Of a stretch of DNA of 32,000 nucleotides, positions 18,901 through 27,340 are shown piece after piece. The notes under the pieces were generated by a model. That model searched no databases. It saw only the letters and a list, made by a program, of their open reading frames with translations, and was not told where the DNA came from. A program made the position numbers and the translations under genes. Position 1 is the first letter of the stretch. The number at the start of each line of letters is the position of its first letter. This DNA is from Mycobacterium tuberculosis H37Rv (GTDB taxonomy: Bacteria; Actinomycetota; Actinomycetes; Mycobacteriales; Mycobacteriaceae), in contig NC_000962.3 in NCBI RefSeq assembly GCF_000195955.2, positions 1,380,001 through 1,412,000 of the forward strand, in the 5' to 3' direction.

Positions 18901-19240
18901 CGAAGCGGCCGTCGAACATGGCGGCCTGATACACCACCGGGGCGTGGTTGGCGATGGCACGTCGCGTCGCGTCGGCGGCTGCCGCCAGCCCGGCGGGCGT
19001 GTAGGCCGGCCGGCCAATGATAGCCACCGCGTCGCCGAACTCGTGGCGCAGTTGGTCGAGTCGGCGTCCTTCATGCGCGCTACCGAGAACGGCGGCTCGC
19101 GCCATCAGTTCGTCGTCAACTGCGACGGCCGGTCCCCGGCCTAGTTTCGCGTCGAATTCACGGAGCAGTGCGTACTGGCACCGGGCGGCGGCTGCGAGAT
19201 CCGAAGCACTGTAGACGATGCTGTCACCGGTGACGAACAC
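15821..19240 (-). CDS. Large RecB/Cas4-like nuclease, RNase H-like module and SF1B (Upf1/Dna2-type) helicase fusion (Rv1251c)
   Basis: Nuclease motifs: GFADF...VADTK, QLAAY, and Cys29 plus CFRCPQC. Middle module: FFDFEGDP...YHYAPYE. Helicase motifs: Walker A GPPGTGKT (16922-16948), Walker [46 protein letters not shown] 19240 is preferred as the start because GAGGAG (19249-19254) lies 8 nt upstream. TTG 19264 is the alternative. Confidence 0.9.
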
Positions 19241-19295
19241 AGCAGCAACTCCTCGGTGAGACAACGGACAGGCAAACTGGGCTGCACCCGTCGGC

Positions 19296-19904
19296 TTAAC
19301 CGCCGGTGGTGTTGCCGATCAGCTCGACGCCGCCGCCGTTCCAGCGGAACTTGACAACGTTGTTCAACCCGATGCCGCTGGCATACGTCAATGCCACCGT
19401 GTCTCCCGTGCACTGCGAGGTGTCGATGCCGGTGAACCCATAGGTATCGGGCACCCCCTGCGGTATGTACTTGCCGAGGTGGAACATCACCGCGCGGGTG
19501 GTCGGATTGCCGGCGTTCGTGTTGGCCTTGATGACCACCGCCGACAGCTGGGCACACTCGTTGTAGTTGCCGGCCAGCGGTTCTGGGTTCCAGGGCTGCT
19601 CACTGCGCGGATCGCGAGGAAGTTCGGAGACGACTTTGGCGATTGTGGGCGAGGCGAGGTTCACCGCACACGGGTCGACCGGCGCGGCGCTGTGGTTGCT
19701 GGGTGGGGCAGCTGTCGCGGACGGCGGGCTCGGTTCGCTGCTCGGCGGGGCCGGGTGAGCAGTTGACAGGGATGGGGTGGCCTCCGGCGTCTTAGCGACC
19801 GTGGAGTCGCCCGAACCGCAACCGGTCAACGTCGCGGCGACCAATGCAGCGACCACGCCAACACGCGGCGTGGTGGGGCAGGGTGGTGACCACACACCGG
19901 GCAC
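19296..19904 (-). CDS. lprE: Lipoprotein LprE (Rv1252c)
   Basis: 202-aa ORF with a signal peptide ending in lipobox LTGC (VAALVAATLTGCGSG). A Pro/Ser-rich linker precedes a globular domain. Confidence 0.88.
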   Translation of the reverse strand: MPGVWSPPCPTTPRVGVVAALVAATLTGCGSGDSTVAKTPEATPSLSTAHPAPPSSEPSPPSATAAPPSNHSAAPVDPCAVNLASPTIAKVVSELPRDPRSEQPWNPEPLAGNYNECAQLSAVVIKANTNAGNPTTRAVMFHLGKYIPQGVPDTYGFTGIDTSQCTGDTVALTYASGIGLNNVVKFRWNGGGVELIGNTTGG

Positions 19905-19969
19905 CGTACCGCCATCGGGCCCGCGGGTGCGGTAGGCGTGGCCGGGTCACCACTAAACTTGACGGCCTG

Positions 19970-21661
19970 ATGGCCTTCCCGGAATATTCGCCTGCGGCGT
20001 CCGCTGCGACGTTTGCTGACCTGCAGATTCATCCCCGCGTCTTGCGGGCGATCGGCGACGTCGGTTACGAGTCACCGACGGCTATCCAGGCGGCTACGAT
20101 CCCGGCGTTGATGGCAGGCTCCGACGTGGTGGGGCTGGCGCAGACCGGCACCGGCAAGACGGCGGCATTTGCGATTCCGATGCTGTCCAAGATCGACATC
20201 ACCAGCAAGGTGCCCCAGGCGCTGGTGCTGGTGCCCACCCGGGAGCTGGCTCTGCAGGTGGCCGAGGCGTTCGGCCGCTACGGTGCCTATCTGTCGCAAC
20301 TCAACGTGCTGCCGATCTACGGCGGATCGTCGTATGCCGTGCAACTGGCCGGATTGAGACGCGGCGCGCAGGTGGTGGTTGGCACCCCCGGTCGTATGAT
20401 AGACCATCTCGAACGGGCGACCTTGGACCTGTCGCGGGTGGACTTTCTAGTGCTCGATGAGGCCGATGAGATGCTGACCATGGGTTTCGCCGACGACGTT
20501 GAGCGCATTCTGTCCGAGACCCCCGAATACAAGCAGGTCGCCCTGTTTTCCGCGACCATGCCGCCGGCGATCCGCAAACTCAGCGCCAAGTATCTGCACG
20601 ATCCGTTCGAAGTCACTTGTAAGGCGAAAACCGCTGTGGCCGAGAATATTTCGCAGAGCTACATTCAGGTAGCACGGAAGATGGACGCGCTCACCAGAGT
20701 GCTCGAAGTCGAGCCGTTCGAGGCGATGATCGTCTTTGTCCGCACCAAGCAGGCGACCGAGGAGATTGCCGAAAAGCTGCGTGCCCGAGGGTTTTCCGCG
20801 GCTGCCATCAGCGGTGACGTCCCGCAGGCGCAGCGGGAGCGGACCATCACGGCGCTGCGGGACGGCGACATCGATATCCTGGTCGCCACCGATGTGGCGG
20901 CGCGCGGACTCGACGTGGAGCGGATATCACACGTGCTTAACTACGACATCCCGCACGACACCGAGTCCTACGTACACCGGATCGGGCGCACCGGCAGGGC
21001 CGGGCGTTCGGGAGCCGCGCTGATATTCGTCTCGCCACGGGAGCTTCACCTGCTCAAGGCGATCGAAAAGGCTACGCGGCAAACGCTTACCGAGGCGCAA
21101 TTGCCCACCGTCGAGGATGTCAACACCCAGCGGGTGGCCAAGTTCGCCGATTCCATCACCAATGCGCTGGGCGGTCCGGGAATCGAGCTGTTCCGCCGAC
21201 TGGTCGAGGAGTATGAACGCGAGCATGATGTCCCGATGGCTGACATCGCCGCGGCACTGGCCGTGCAGTGCCGCGGCGGTGAGGCATTCCTGATGGCACC
21301 CGACCCGCCGCTTTCGCGGCGCAACCGCGACCAGCGTCGGGACCGTCCGCAAAGGCCCAAGCGTAGACCGGACTTGACCACCTACCGCGTCGCCGTCGGC
21401 AAGCGGCACAAGATCGGTCCAGGCGCCATCGTCGGCGCCATCGCCAATGAGGGTGGGCTGCACCGCAGCGACTTCGGTCAGATCCGTATCGGGCCAGACT
21501 TCTCGCTAGTAGAATTGCCGGCGAAGCTGCCCCGCGCGACGCTCAAAAAGCTTGCACAGACCCGTATCTCGGGTGTGCTGATCGACCTTCGGCCATACCG
21601 GCCGCCCGACGCGGCGCGCCGGCATAATGGCGGCAAACCACGGCGGAAACACGTCGGATGA
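19970..21661 (+). CDS. deaD: DEAD-box RNA helicase DeaD/CsdA (Rv1253)
   Basis: Q-motif region, Walker A AQTGTGKT, DEAD box VLDEADEM, SAT, HRIGRTGRAG, and a basic C-terminal DbpA-like RNA-binding extension. ATG 19970 is chosen; the 42 upstream codons would overlap the lprE start and are Arg-rich junk. Confidence 0.92.
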   Translation: MAFPEYSPAASAATFADLQIHPRVLRAIGDVGYESPTAIQAATIPALMAGSDVVGLAQTGTGKTAAFAIPMLSKIDITSKVPQALVLVPTRELALQVAEAFGRYGAYLSQLNVLPIYGGSSYAVQLAGLRRGAQVVVGTPGRMIDHLERATLDLSRVDFLVLDEADEMLTMGFADDVERILSETPEYKQVALFSATMPPAIRKLSAKYLHDPFEVTCKAKTAVAENISQSYIQVARKMDALTRVLEVEPFEAMIVFVRTKQATEEIAEKLRARGFSAAAISGDVPQAQRERTITALRDGDIDILVATDVAARGLDVERISHVLNYDIPHDTESYVHRIGRTGRAGRSGAALIFVSPRELHLLKAIEKATRQTLTEAQLPTVEDVNTQRVAKFADSITNALGGPGIELFRRLVEEYEREHDVPMADIAAALAVQCRGGEAFLMAPDPPLSRRNRDQRRDRPQRPKRRPDLTTYRVAVGKRHKIGPGAIVGAIANEGGLHRSDFGQIRIGPDFSLVELPAKLPRATLKKLAQTRISGVLIDLRPYRPPDAARRHNGGKPRRKHVG

Positions 21662-22809
21662 CCCTGCCCAAGGAAAGAGCCGCCCAGGGCGGACTCGAGC
21701 GGATCGCCCACGTGGACCGGGTGGCGTCGTTGACCGGGATCCGTGCTGTTGCCGCATTGCTGGTCGTCGGCACTCATGCGGCCTACACCACCGGCAAGTA
21801 CACCCACGGCTATTGGGGCCTGATGTCGTCCCGCATGGAGATCGGCGTTCCGATCTTTTTCGTGCTGTCGGGGTTCCTGCTATTCCGGCCATGGGTTAAG
21901 TCCGCCGCTACCGGCGGCCCCCCGCCGTCGTTGAGCCGCTATGCGTGGCACCGGGTCCGGCGGATCATGCCCGCCTACACCGTCACCGTTCTGTTGGCCT
22001 ACCTCGTCTATCACTTCCGCACGGCGGGGCCCAACCCCGGGCACACCTGGGTCGGGCTGTTCCGCAACCTCACCTTGACGCAGATCTATACCGACGGCTA
22101 TCTGGGTGCGTTCCTGCATCAGGGTCTGACCCAAATGTGGAGCCTCGCGGTGGAGGTTGCCTTCTACCTGGCGTTGCCGGCGTTGGCATACCTACTGTTG
22201 GTGCTCGTCTGCCGGCGGCGATGGCAGCCCAGGTTGCTGTTGGCCACCATGGCGGGGCTGACGATGATCAGCCCGGCATGGTTGATCCTGGTGCACAACA
22301 CGCACTGGATGCCCGACGGCGCTCGGCTGTGGCTACCCACCTATCTGGCTTGGTTCGTCGGCGGCATGATGCTGGCCGTGCTGGCGGCGATGGGCGTGCG
22401 CTGTTATGCATTCGTGGCCATACCGTTGGCGGTCATCTGCTACTTCATCGTCTCCACTCCGATCGCGGGCGCGCCCACGACGTCGCCCACAGCGCTGGCC
22501 GAGGCGCTGGTCAAGACCGCCTTCTATGCCGTGATCGCCGTGCTGGCGGTGGCACCGCTGGCCTTGGGTGACCAGGGGTGGTATGCCCAGTTGCTGGCCA
22601 GCCGGCCGATGGTGTTTCTTGGTGAGATCTCCTACGAGATCTTCCTGATCCATCTGGTGACCATGGAGATCGCCATGGTGGACGTGCTCGGGTATCGGGT
22701 TTACACCAGTTCGATGGTGAACCTTTGTCTCGTGACGCTGGTGCTGACGATCCCATTGGCGTGGTTGTTGCACCGTTTCACTCGGGTCCAGGGTGACCGG
22801 CCTTCCTAG
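21658..22809 (+). CDS. Integral-membrane acyltransferase, acyltransferase-3 family (Rv1254)
   Basis: 383-aa polytopic protein with the family N-terminal motif (LTGIRAVAALLVVGTHA) and a conserved FFVLSGFL. Its ATG overlaps the deaD stop (ATGA, 21658-21661). Confidence 0.88.
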   Translation: MTLPKERAAQGGLERIAHVDRVASLTGIRAVAALLVVGTHAAYTTGKYTHGYWGLMSSRMEIGVPIFFVLSGFLLFRPWVKSAATGGPPPSLSRYAWHRVRRIMPAYTVTVLLAYLVYHFRTAGPNPGHTWVGLFRNLTLTQIYTDGYLGAFLHQGLTQMWSLAVEVAFYLALPALAYLLLVLVCRRRWQPRLLLATMAGLTMISPAWLILVHNTHWMPDGARLWLPTYLAWFVGGMMLAVLAAMGVRCYAFVAIPLAVICYFIVSTPIAGAPTTSPTALAEALVKTAFYAVIAVLAVAPLALGDQGWYAQLLASRPMVFLGEISYEIFLIHLVTMEIAMVDVLGYRVYTSSMVNLCLVTLVLTIPLAWLLHRFTRVQGDRPS

Positions 22810-23386
22810 CGGCGGCAGAAGCAGGTGTCACGATCGGGACGACGAACTCCGCGATCATCGCTCGTTCGTCGGCTTCGTCACGGCCGGGGAACATCAGCAG
22901 CGATGTGAGCATCCGGACCACCCAGCGGGCGCGGCGTTCGACGGTGGTCGGATCGTCGGGACCTAGTGAGTTGAGGAATGCCGCGGCCAGGGCCGCGATC
23001 ACCTCGGACCGTCCGGCCATCTCGCCGCCGATCGGTGGGCGGGTGGTGGTAAACCACGCGGCCAACGCGGGGTTGTCGCGGACCATCCGCAACGTCGTGG
23101 TGATGCTCACCAGCAGCCGTTCGGCAGGTTCGACGACATCGGCGATCTTCACCATGATCTCGCGGCCGAGCCGGCGGGTCTCGCGGTGCACGTACGCGGT
23201 TCGCAGCGCCTCGCGGCTGTCGAAGTACCGATACAGTGTTGCGCGCGAACAGCCTGCGGCCTTGGCGATCTCGTTCATGCCGATCGACGCCGGGTCACGC
23301 TGCGTAAAGAGTCGCTCGGCGGCGTCGAGTATCCGATCTGCGGCTAACTCGGTCCGACGCGCGGACAGCCAGTCGGTACCCGCCAT
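22778..23386 (-). CDS. TetR-family transcriptional regulator (Rv1255c)
   Basis: 202 aa from ATG 23384-23386 with the HTH MNEIAKAAGCSRATLYRYFDSREAL. Its start shares one nucleotide with the cyp130 stop (TGATG). The 67 upstream codons of the longest ORF lie inside cyp130. Confidence 0.9.
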   Translation of the reverse strand: MAGTDWLSARRTELAADRILDAAERLFTQRDPASIGMNEIAKAAGCSRATLYRYFDSREALRTAYVHRETRRLGREIMVKIADVVEPAERLLVSITTTLRMVRDNPALAAWFTTTRPPIGGEMAGRSEVIAALAAAFLNSLGPDDPTTVERRARWVVRMLTSLLMFPGRDEADERAMIAEFVVPIVTPASAAARKAGHPGPE

Positions 23387-24603
23387 CAGGATGTCACTCG
23401 GAACGGCACCGACAGCGGACGCCGGACATAACTGCCGCCGGACCACACGATGCGTGACTCGGCCACCTCGAAGTCCGGGCACCGGGCCAGCAGTTCGGTC
23501 AGCGCCACCCGGCATTGCATCCGGGCCGCGGCCGCACCCAGGCAGTGGTGGGCGCCGTGGCTGAAGGTCAAGATGTTGCGCGGGCACCGAGTGACATCGA
23601 GTTCGGCTGCGTCCGGGCCGTATTGGCGTTCGTCACGGTTGGCCGAGCCGTACAGCAGCAGCACCCGGCGACCGGCCGGGATGGTGGTGTCACCGATCGT
23701 GACGTCGCGCGTGGTTGTGCGCGCCAGCCCCTGCACCGGCGAGGTGAGCCGCAGCAGCTCCTCGACCGCGTCGGGGATGCCCTCTGGGTCATCCAGCAGC
23801 AGCCGGCGCTGGTCGGGCCGCCGGTGCAGCAACGGCATCGAACCGCCTAGCATGCCGGTGACGGTGTCGTTGCCGCCGGTGACCATGGTGAACGTGAACG
23901 CCAGTATGGACAGTGTGCCGGCGGTGTCGCCGTCGGCGCCGACCCCGGCGGCTACCAGGTGGGAGATGGCGTCGTCGGCGGGCTCGGTGCGGCGTCGCTC
24001 GATCAGCCCGGTGAAGTAGGCCATCATCGAGCCGACCGCGTCCAGTGCGCCGGTGGTGGCGCCGTCAACCGCGTTCGCCGCCACGATGGCCTGGGTCCAC
24101 CCGTCGAATTGCGTCCAATCCTCTTCGGGAACACCGAGATAGTGCGCCACCACCATCGACGGGAGCGGTTTGAATAGTTCGGTGACAATGTCGCCGCCAC
24201 CGTTGGCGCGCAGCTTTTCGAGCCGCTCAACGACGAACTTGCGCACCGTGGGCTCGACGGTTTCGACCTGTCGTGGCGTGAAGCCGCGCGACACCAGCTT
24301 GCGAAACTCGGTGTGGACCGGCGGATCCTGCATCACCATGGGCGGGGTGTCGTGCAGTCCAATCATTTCCAGCTCGCCGTAGTTAACGGTCAAGCCTTGC
24401 GCCGACGAGAACGTCTGATGGTCCCGCGCTGCCGACCAGACGTCGGCGTGCCGGGACAGCACGTAGTAGTCGTACTCGGGACGCTGCGGCGGGACGACGT
24501 GGTGCACCGGGTCGTGGTCGCGCAACGCGCGGTACATCGGCCACGGATTCGGCCAGGTTTCGGCGGTGGCGAGCTGGAATTCGTGAGACATTACTGATGT
24601 CAT
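23386..24603 (-). CDS. cyp130: Cytochrome P450 130 (Rv1256c)
   Basis: 405-aa ORF with the heme-thiolate loop FSHGAHHCLGAAAAR, the ExxR motif (ELLR) and an I-helix-like GGNDTVT. Confidence 0.95.
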   Translation of the reverse strand: MTSVMSHEFQLATAETWPNPWPMYRALRDHDPVHHVVPPQRPEYDYYVLSRHADVWSAARDHQTFSSAQGLTVNYGELEMIGLHDTPPMVMQDPPVHTEFRKLVSRGFTPRQVETVEPTVRKFVVERLEKLRANGGGDIVTELFKPLPSMVVAHYLGVPEEDWTQFDGWTQAIVAANAVDGATTGALDAVGSMMAYFTGLIERRRTEPADDAISHLVAAGVGADGDTAGTLSILAFTFTMVTGGNDTVTGMLGGSMPLLHRRPDQRRLLLDDPEGIPDAVEELLRLTSPVQGLARTTTRDVTIGDTTIPAGRRVLLLYGSANRDERQYGPDAAELDVTRCPRNILTFSHGAHHCLGAAAARMQCRVALTELLARCPDFEVAESRIVWSGGSYVRRPLSVPFRVTS

Positions 24604-24621
24604 GTCTTATGTCTAAGACAT
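24587..24621 (-). promoter_or_regulatory. Putative TetR (Rv1255c) operator over the cyp130 start: inverted repeat ATGTCTTA-N4-TAAGACAT (24602-24621) plus adjacent GACAT-N5-ATGTC (24587-24601)
   Basis: Five GACAT/ATGTC pentamers lie within 35 bp, in an unusually AT-rich patch. They span the cyp130 ATG (24601-24603), and the operon ends with a TetR gene. Confidence 0.45.
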
Positions 24622-24716
24622 TCCATCGGTAATATCAATCGGCGATTGTGAATCTGGTGACGCGACACGCCGAGGACGCGTCGTGCGGTTCACACTCGGC
24701 GGGACGTCGCGACGGA

Positions 24717-26084
24717 TCAGATCGCCGAGCCGGGATTGAGGATGCCCTGGGGGTCCAGCGCTTGCTTGATGCGCTGGTTGAGGGCCAGGACGTCGGGCCC
24801 GAGATAGCCGGCCAACCACGGCCGTTTCAACCGGCCCACGCCGTGTTCGCCGGTGATCGTGCCGCCCAGGCCGACGGCCAGGTCCATGATTTCGCCGTAC
24901 GCGAGGTGGGCGCGCTCTAGCATCGCGGCATCTGCGGGGTCGTACACCAGCAACGGGTGGGTATTGCCGTCCCCGGCGTGGGCGATCACCGAGATCATCA
25001 GATTCCGCTCCTCGGCGATGCGCGCAATCCCGGTGACCAGTTCGCCCAGTGCGGGCAGCGGTACCCCGACGTCCTCGAGCAGCAACGCCCCCTTGCTCTC
25101 GACCGCCGGAATGGCGAACCGCCGGGCCGCAATGAACGCCTCGCCCTCATCCGGGTCGTCGGTCGAAAACACGTCTATCGCACCGTTTTCGGCGAACACG
25201 GCGGCCATCACGGCGGCGTCTTCGGTGGCCGCGCGGCCACGTTCATCAGAACCAGCCACCAGCATGGCCGCCGCATCGCGGTCCAGGTCCATCCGCAAGG
25301 TGTCCTCGACGGCGTTGATCGCCACCGAATCCATGAACTCCAGCATCGCGGGGCGAAGTCGGCCGGTAACCCCGAGCACCGCATCGACCGCCGCCTGCAC
25401 CGAGCCGAAGCTGGCCACCACGATGCTCGATGCATTCTGTGCGGGCAGCAGTCGCAACGTCACCTCCGTGATGACGCCCAGCGTGCCTTCGCTGCCGACG
25501 AACAGTTTGGTCAGGGAAAGCCCGGCGACGTCCTTGAGCCGTGGGCCGCCCAGCCGGACCGCGGTGCCGTTGGCCAGCACAACCTGCATGCCCAGTACGT
25601 AGTCGCCTGTGACGCCGTACTTCACGCAGCACAGCCCGCCGGCGTTGGTGGCGATGTTGCCGCCGATGCTGCAGATCTCGAACGACGACGGATCCGGGGG
25701 ATACCACAGGCCGTGTTCGGCGGCGGCCTCCTTCACCTCGGCGTTGTACAGGCCGGGCTGGCACACTGCGGTGCGGGTGACCGGGTCGACGGTGATGTCG
25801 CGCATCTTTTCGGTGGACAGCACGATCCCGCCATCCAGGGCGGTCGCCCCGCCCGAAAGGCCGCTACCGGCTCCTCGGGTCACCACGGGCACCTGGTTCG
25901 CACTGGCCCAACGCAGCACCGTCTGCACCTCTTCGGTGCGCCGTGGCCGGATGATTGCCAGCGGTTTGCCGGCCGAAGGGTCAAAGGCCCGGTCTTGCCG
26001 GTAGCCGTCGGTGACGGCGGGGTCGGTGACCACCATCCCCTCGGGCAGCTCGGCCATCAGGCCAGCCAGCACATCGGTATTCAC
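24717..26084 (-). CDS. FAD-linked oxidase, GlcD / D-lactate dehydrogenase-like (Rv1257c)
   Basis: PCMH-type FAD-binding domain (VVTRGAGSGLSGGA) and a C-terminal FAD-oxidase domain (GTITGEHGVGRLK). GTG 26082-26084 overlaps the tap stop (GTGA). Confidence 0.88.
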   Translation of the reverse strand: MNTDVLAGLMAELPEGMVVTDPAVTDGYRQDRAFDPSAGKPLAIIRPRRTEEVQTVLRWASANQVPVVTRGAGSGLSGGATALDGGIVLSTEKMRDITVDPVTRTAVCQPGLYNAEVKEAAAEHGLWYPPDPSSFEICSIGGNIATNAGGLCCVKYGVTGDYVLGMQVVLANGTAVRLGGPRLKDVAGLSLTKLFVGSEGTLGVITEVTLRLLPAQNASSIVVASFGSVQAAVDAVLGVTGRLRPAMLEFMDSVAINAVEDTLRMDLDRDAAAMLVAGSDERGRAATEDAAVMAAVFAENGAIDVFSTDDPDEGEAFIAARRFAIPAVESKGALLLEDVGVPLPALGELVTGIARIAEERNLMISVIAHAGDGNTHPLLVYDPADAAMLERAHLAYGEIMDLAVGLGGTITGEHGVGRLKRPWLAGYLGPDVLALNQRIKQALDPQGILNPGSAI

Positions 26085-27340
26085 TGAGCCGATCCTACGG
26101 GCCGATCGATGTCCGCTTGGGGCGCCAGATCCAGTTCGCGCAGCGCGGGCAGCCGGATCGCGACCAGCCCGGTGCACACGATGGGCAGTGCCAACGCGAG
26201 AAACGTGGCATGCAGTCCAGCGGCGTCGGTCAGTGGACCGGCCAGCAACAGACCCAACGGGCCGGCGGCGTAGGCCAGCGACGTCATCACCCCGACTACC
26301 CGGCCGCGCAGATGCTGTGCTGCCCGCGTCTGTATCACGTAGTTATAGATCGGCTGGATGGGTCCGTACACCAGGCCGACCACCGCGCACAACACCATGA
26401 TGACCGGCAGTGGCGGCAGGAACGCGATGACCATCGATGCCAAACCCAGGGTAAGAACCGCGGTCGACATGGTCACGCGACGGGGAACGCGGATAGCCAA
26501 CACGGCATACCCCAGCGCTCCCACCAGGCCGCCGCCGGCGATCGCCATCAACGCCCAACCCAGCTGCACCGGTTGCTGGTGGTCGGTGAAGTATTTCGGG
26601 AACAGCACGCTCTCCATCGGCAGATACAGCGCGGTGACGGTCAGGTCAATCATCCCGAGGGTGCGCAATACCCGCAGGTTCCAGACGAAGCGCAGCCCCT
26701 CGGCGATCCCGGATACCAACCCTTGGGGCCGCGAGGTGTGGTGCGGCTTGCCGGCACCCTCGAGTTGCAGGGCGGCAATCGCGAGGATGGACAACCCGAA
26801 TGCCGTCGCGGTAATCCACATTGTGGTGATGCCGCCAACCGTCGCGATCATCAAGCCACCGATGGCCGGGCCGACAATAAAGGCCAGGTTGAGGATCGCC
26901 TCGTAGGCGCCGTTGATGCGGTCCAACGACCAGCCTGCCCGAGCGGCGGCCTCGGGCAGCATCGAGTCACGAGCCGTCATGCCTGCCGGGCCGAAGGCGG
27001 CCGCCAGGGCGGCCAATACGGCCAGCACCAGCACGTTGACCGCGTCGCCGCCGTACCCCCACGCCACCAGGGGGACGCCGGCCACCGCCGCACCCGACAG
27101 CGCATCGGCCACCATCGACACCCGGCGACGCCCGAAGTAGTCGACCGCGGTGCCGGCGACCAGCGTGGCGAACAACAGCGGCAGCATGGTCGCACTGGCC
27201 ACGATCGAGGCCTGCCCAGCGCTGCCCTCGCGCTGCAACACCAGCCACGGAAACGCGACTATCGAGACGCCATCACCCGCGGCCGCCATCAGCGTTGCGA
27301 ACAGGATCAGGAATGCCGGGCCGCGGTTGCTGTTTCTCAT
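26081..27340 (-). CDS. tap: MFS efflux pump Tap (Rv1258c)
   Basis: 419 aa from ATG 27338-27340 ([17 protein letters not shown]...). It is a 12-TMS MFS protein with motif A-like DYFGRRRV. The 104 upstream codons of the longest ORF are non-membrane and run antisense over the udgB 5' region. Confidence 0.9.

Noticed and set aside
19844-19969. 42-codon N-terminal extension of the deaD ORF
   Set aside because: It would overlap the divergent lprE start. It is Arg-rich and precedes the conserved helicase N-terminus that begins at ATG 19970.
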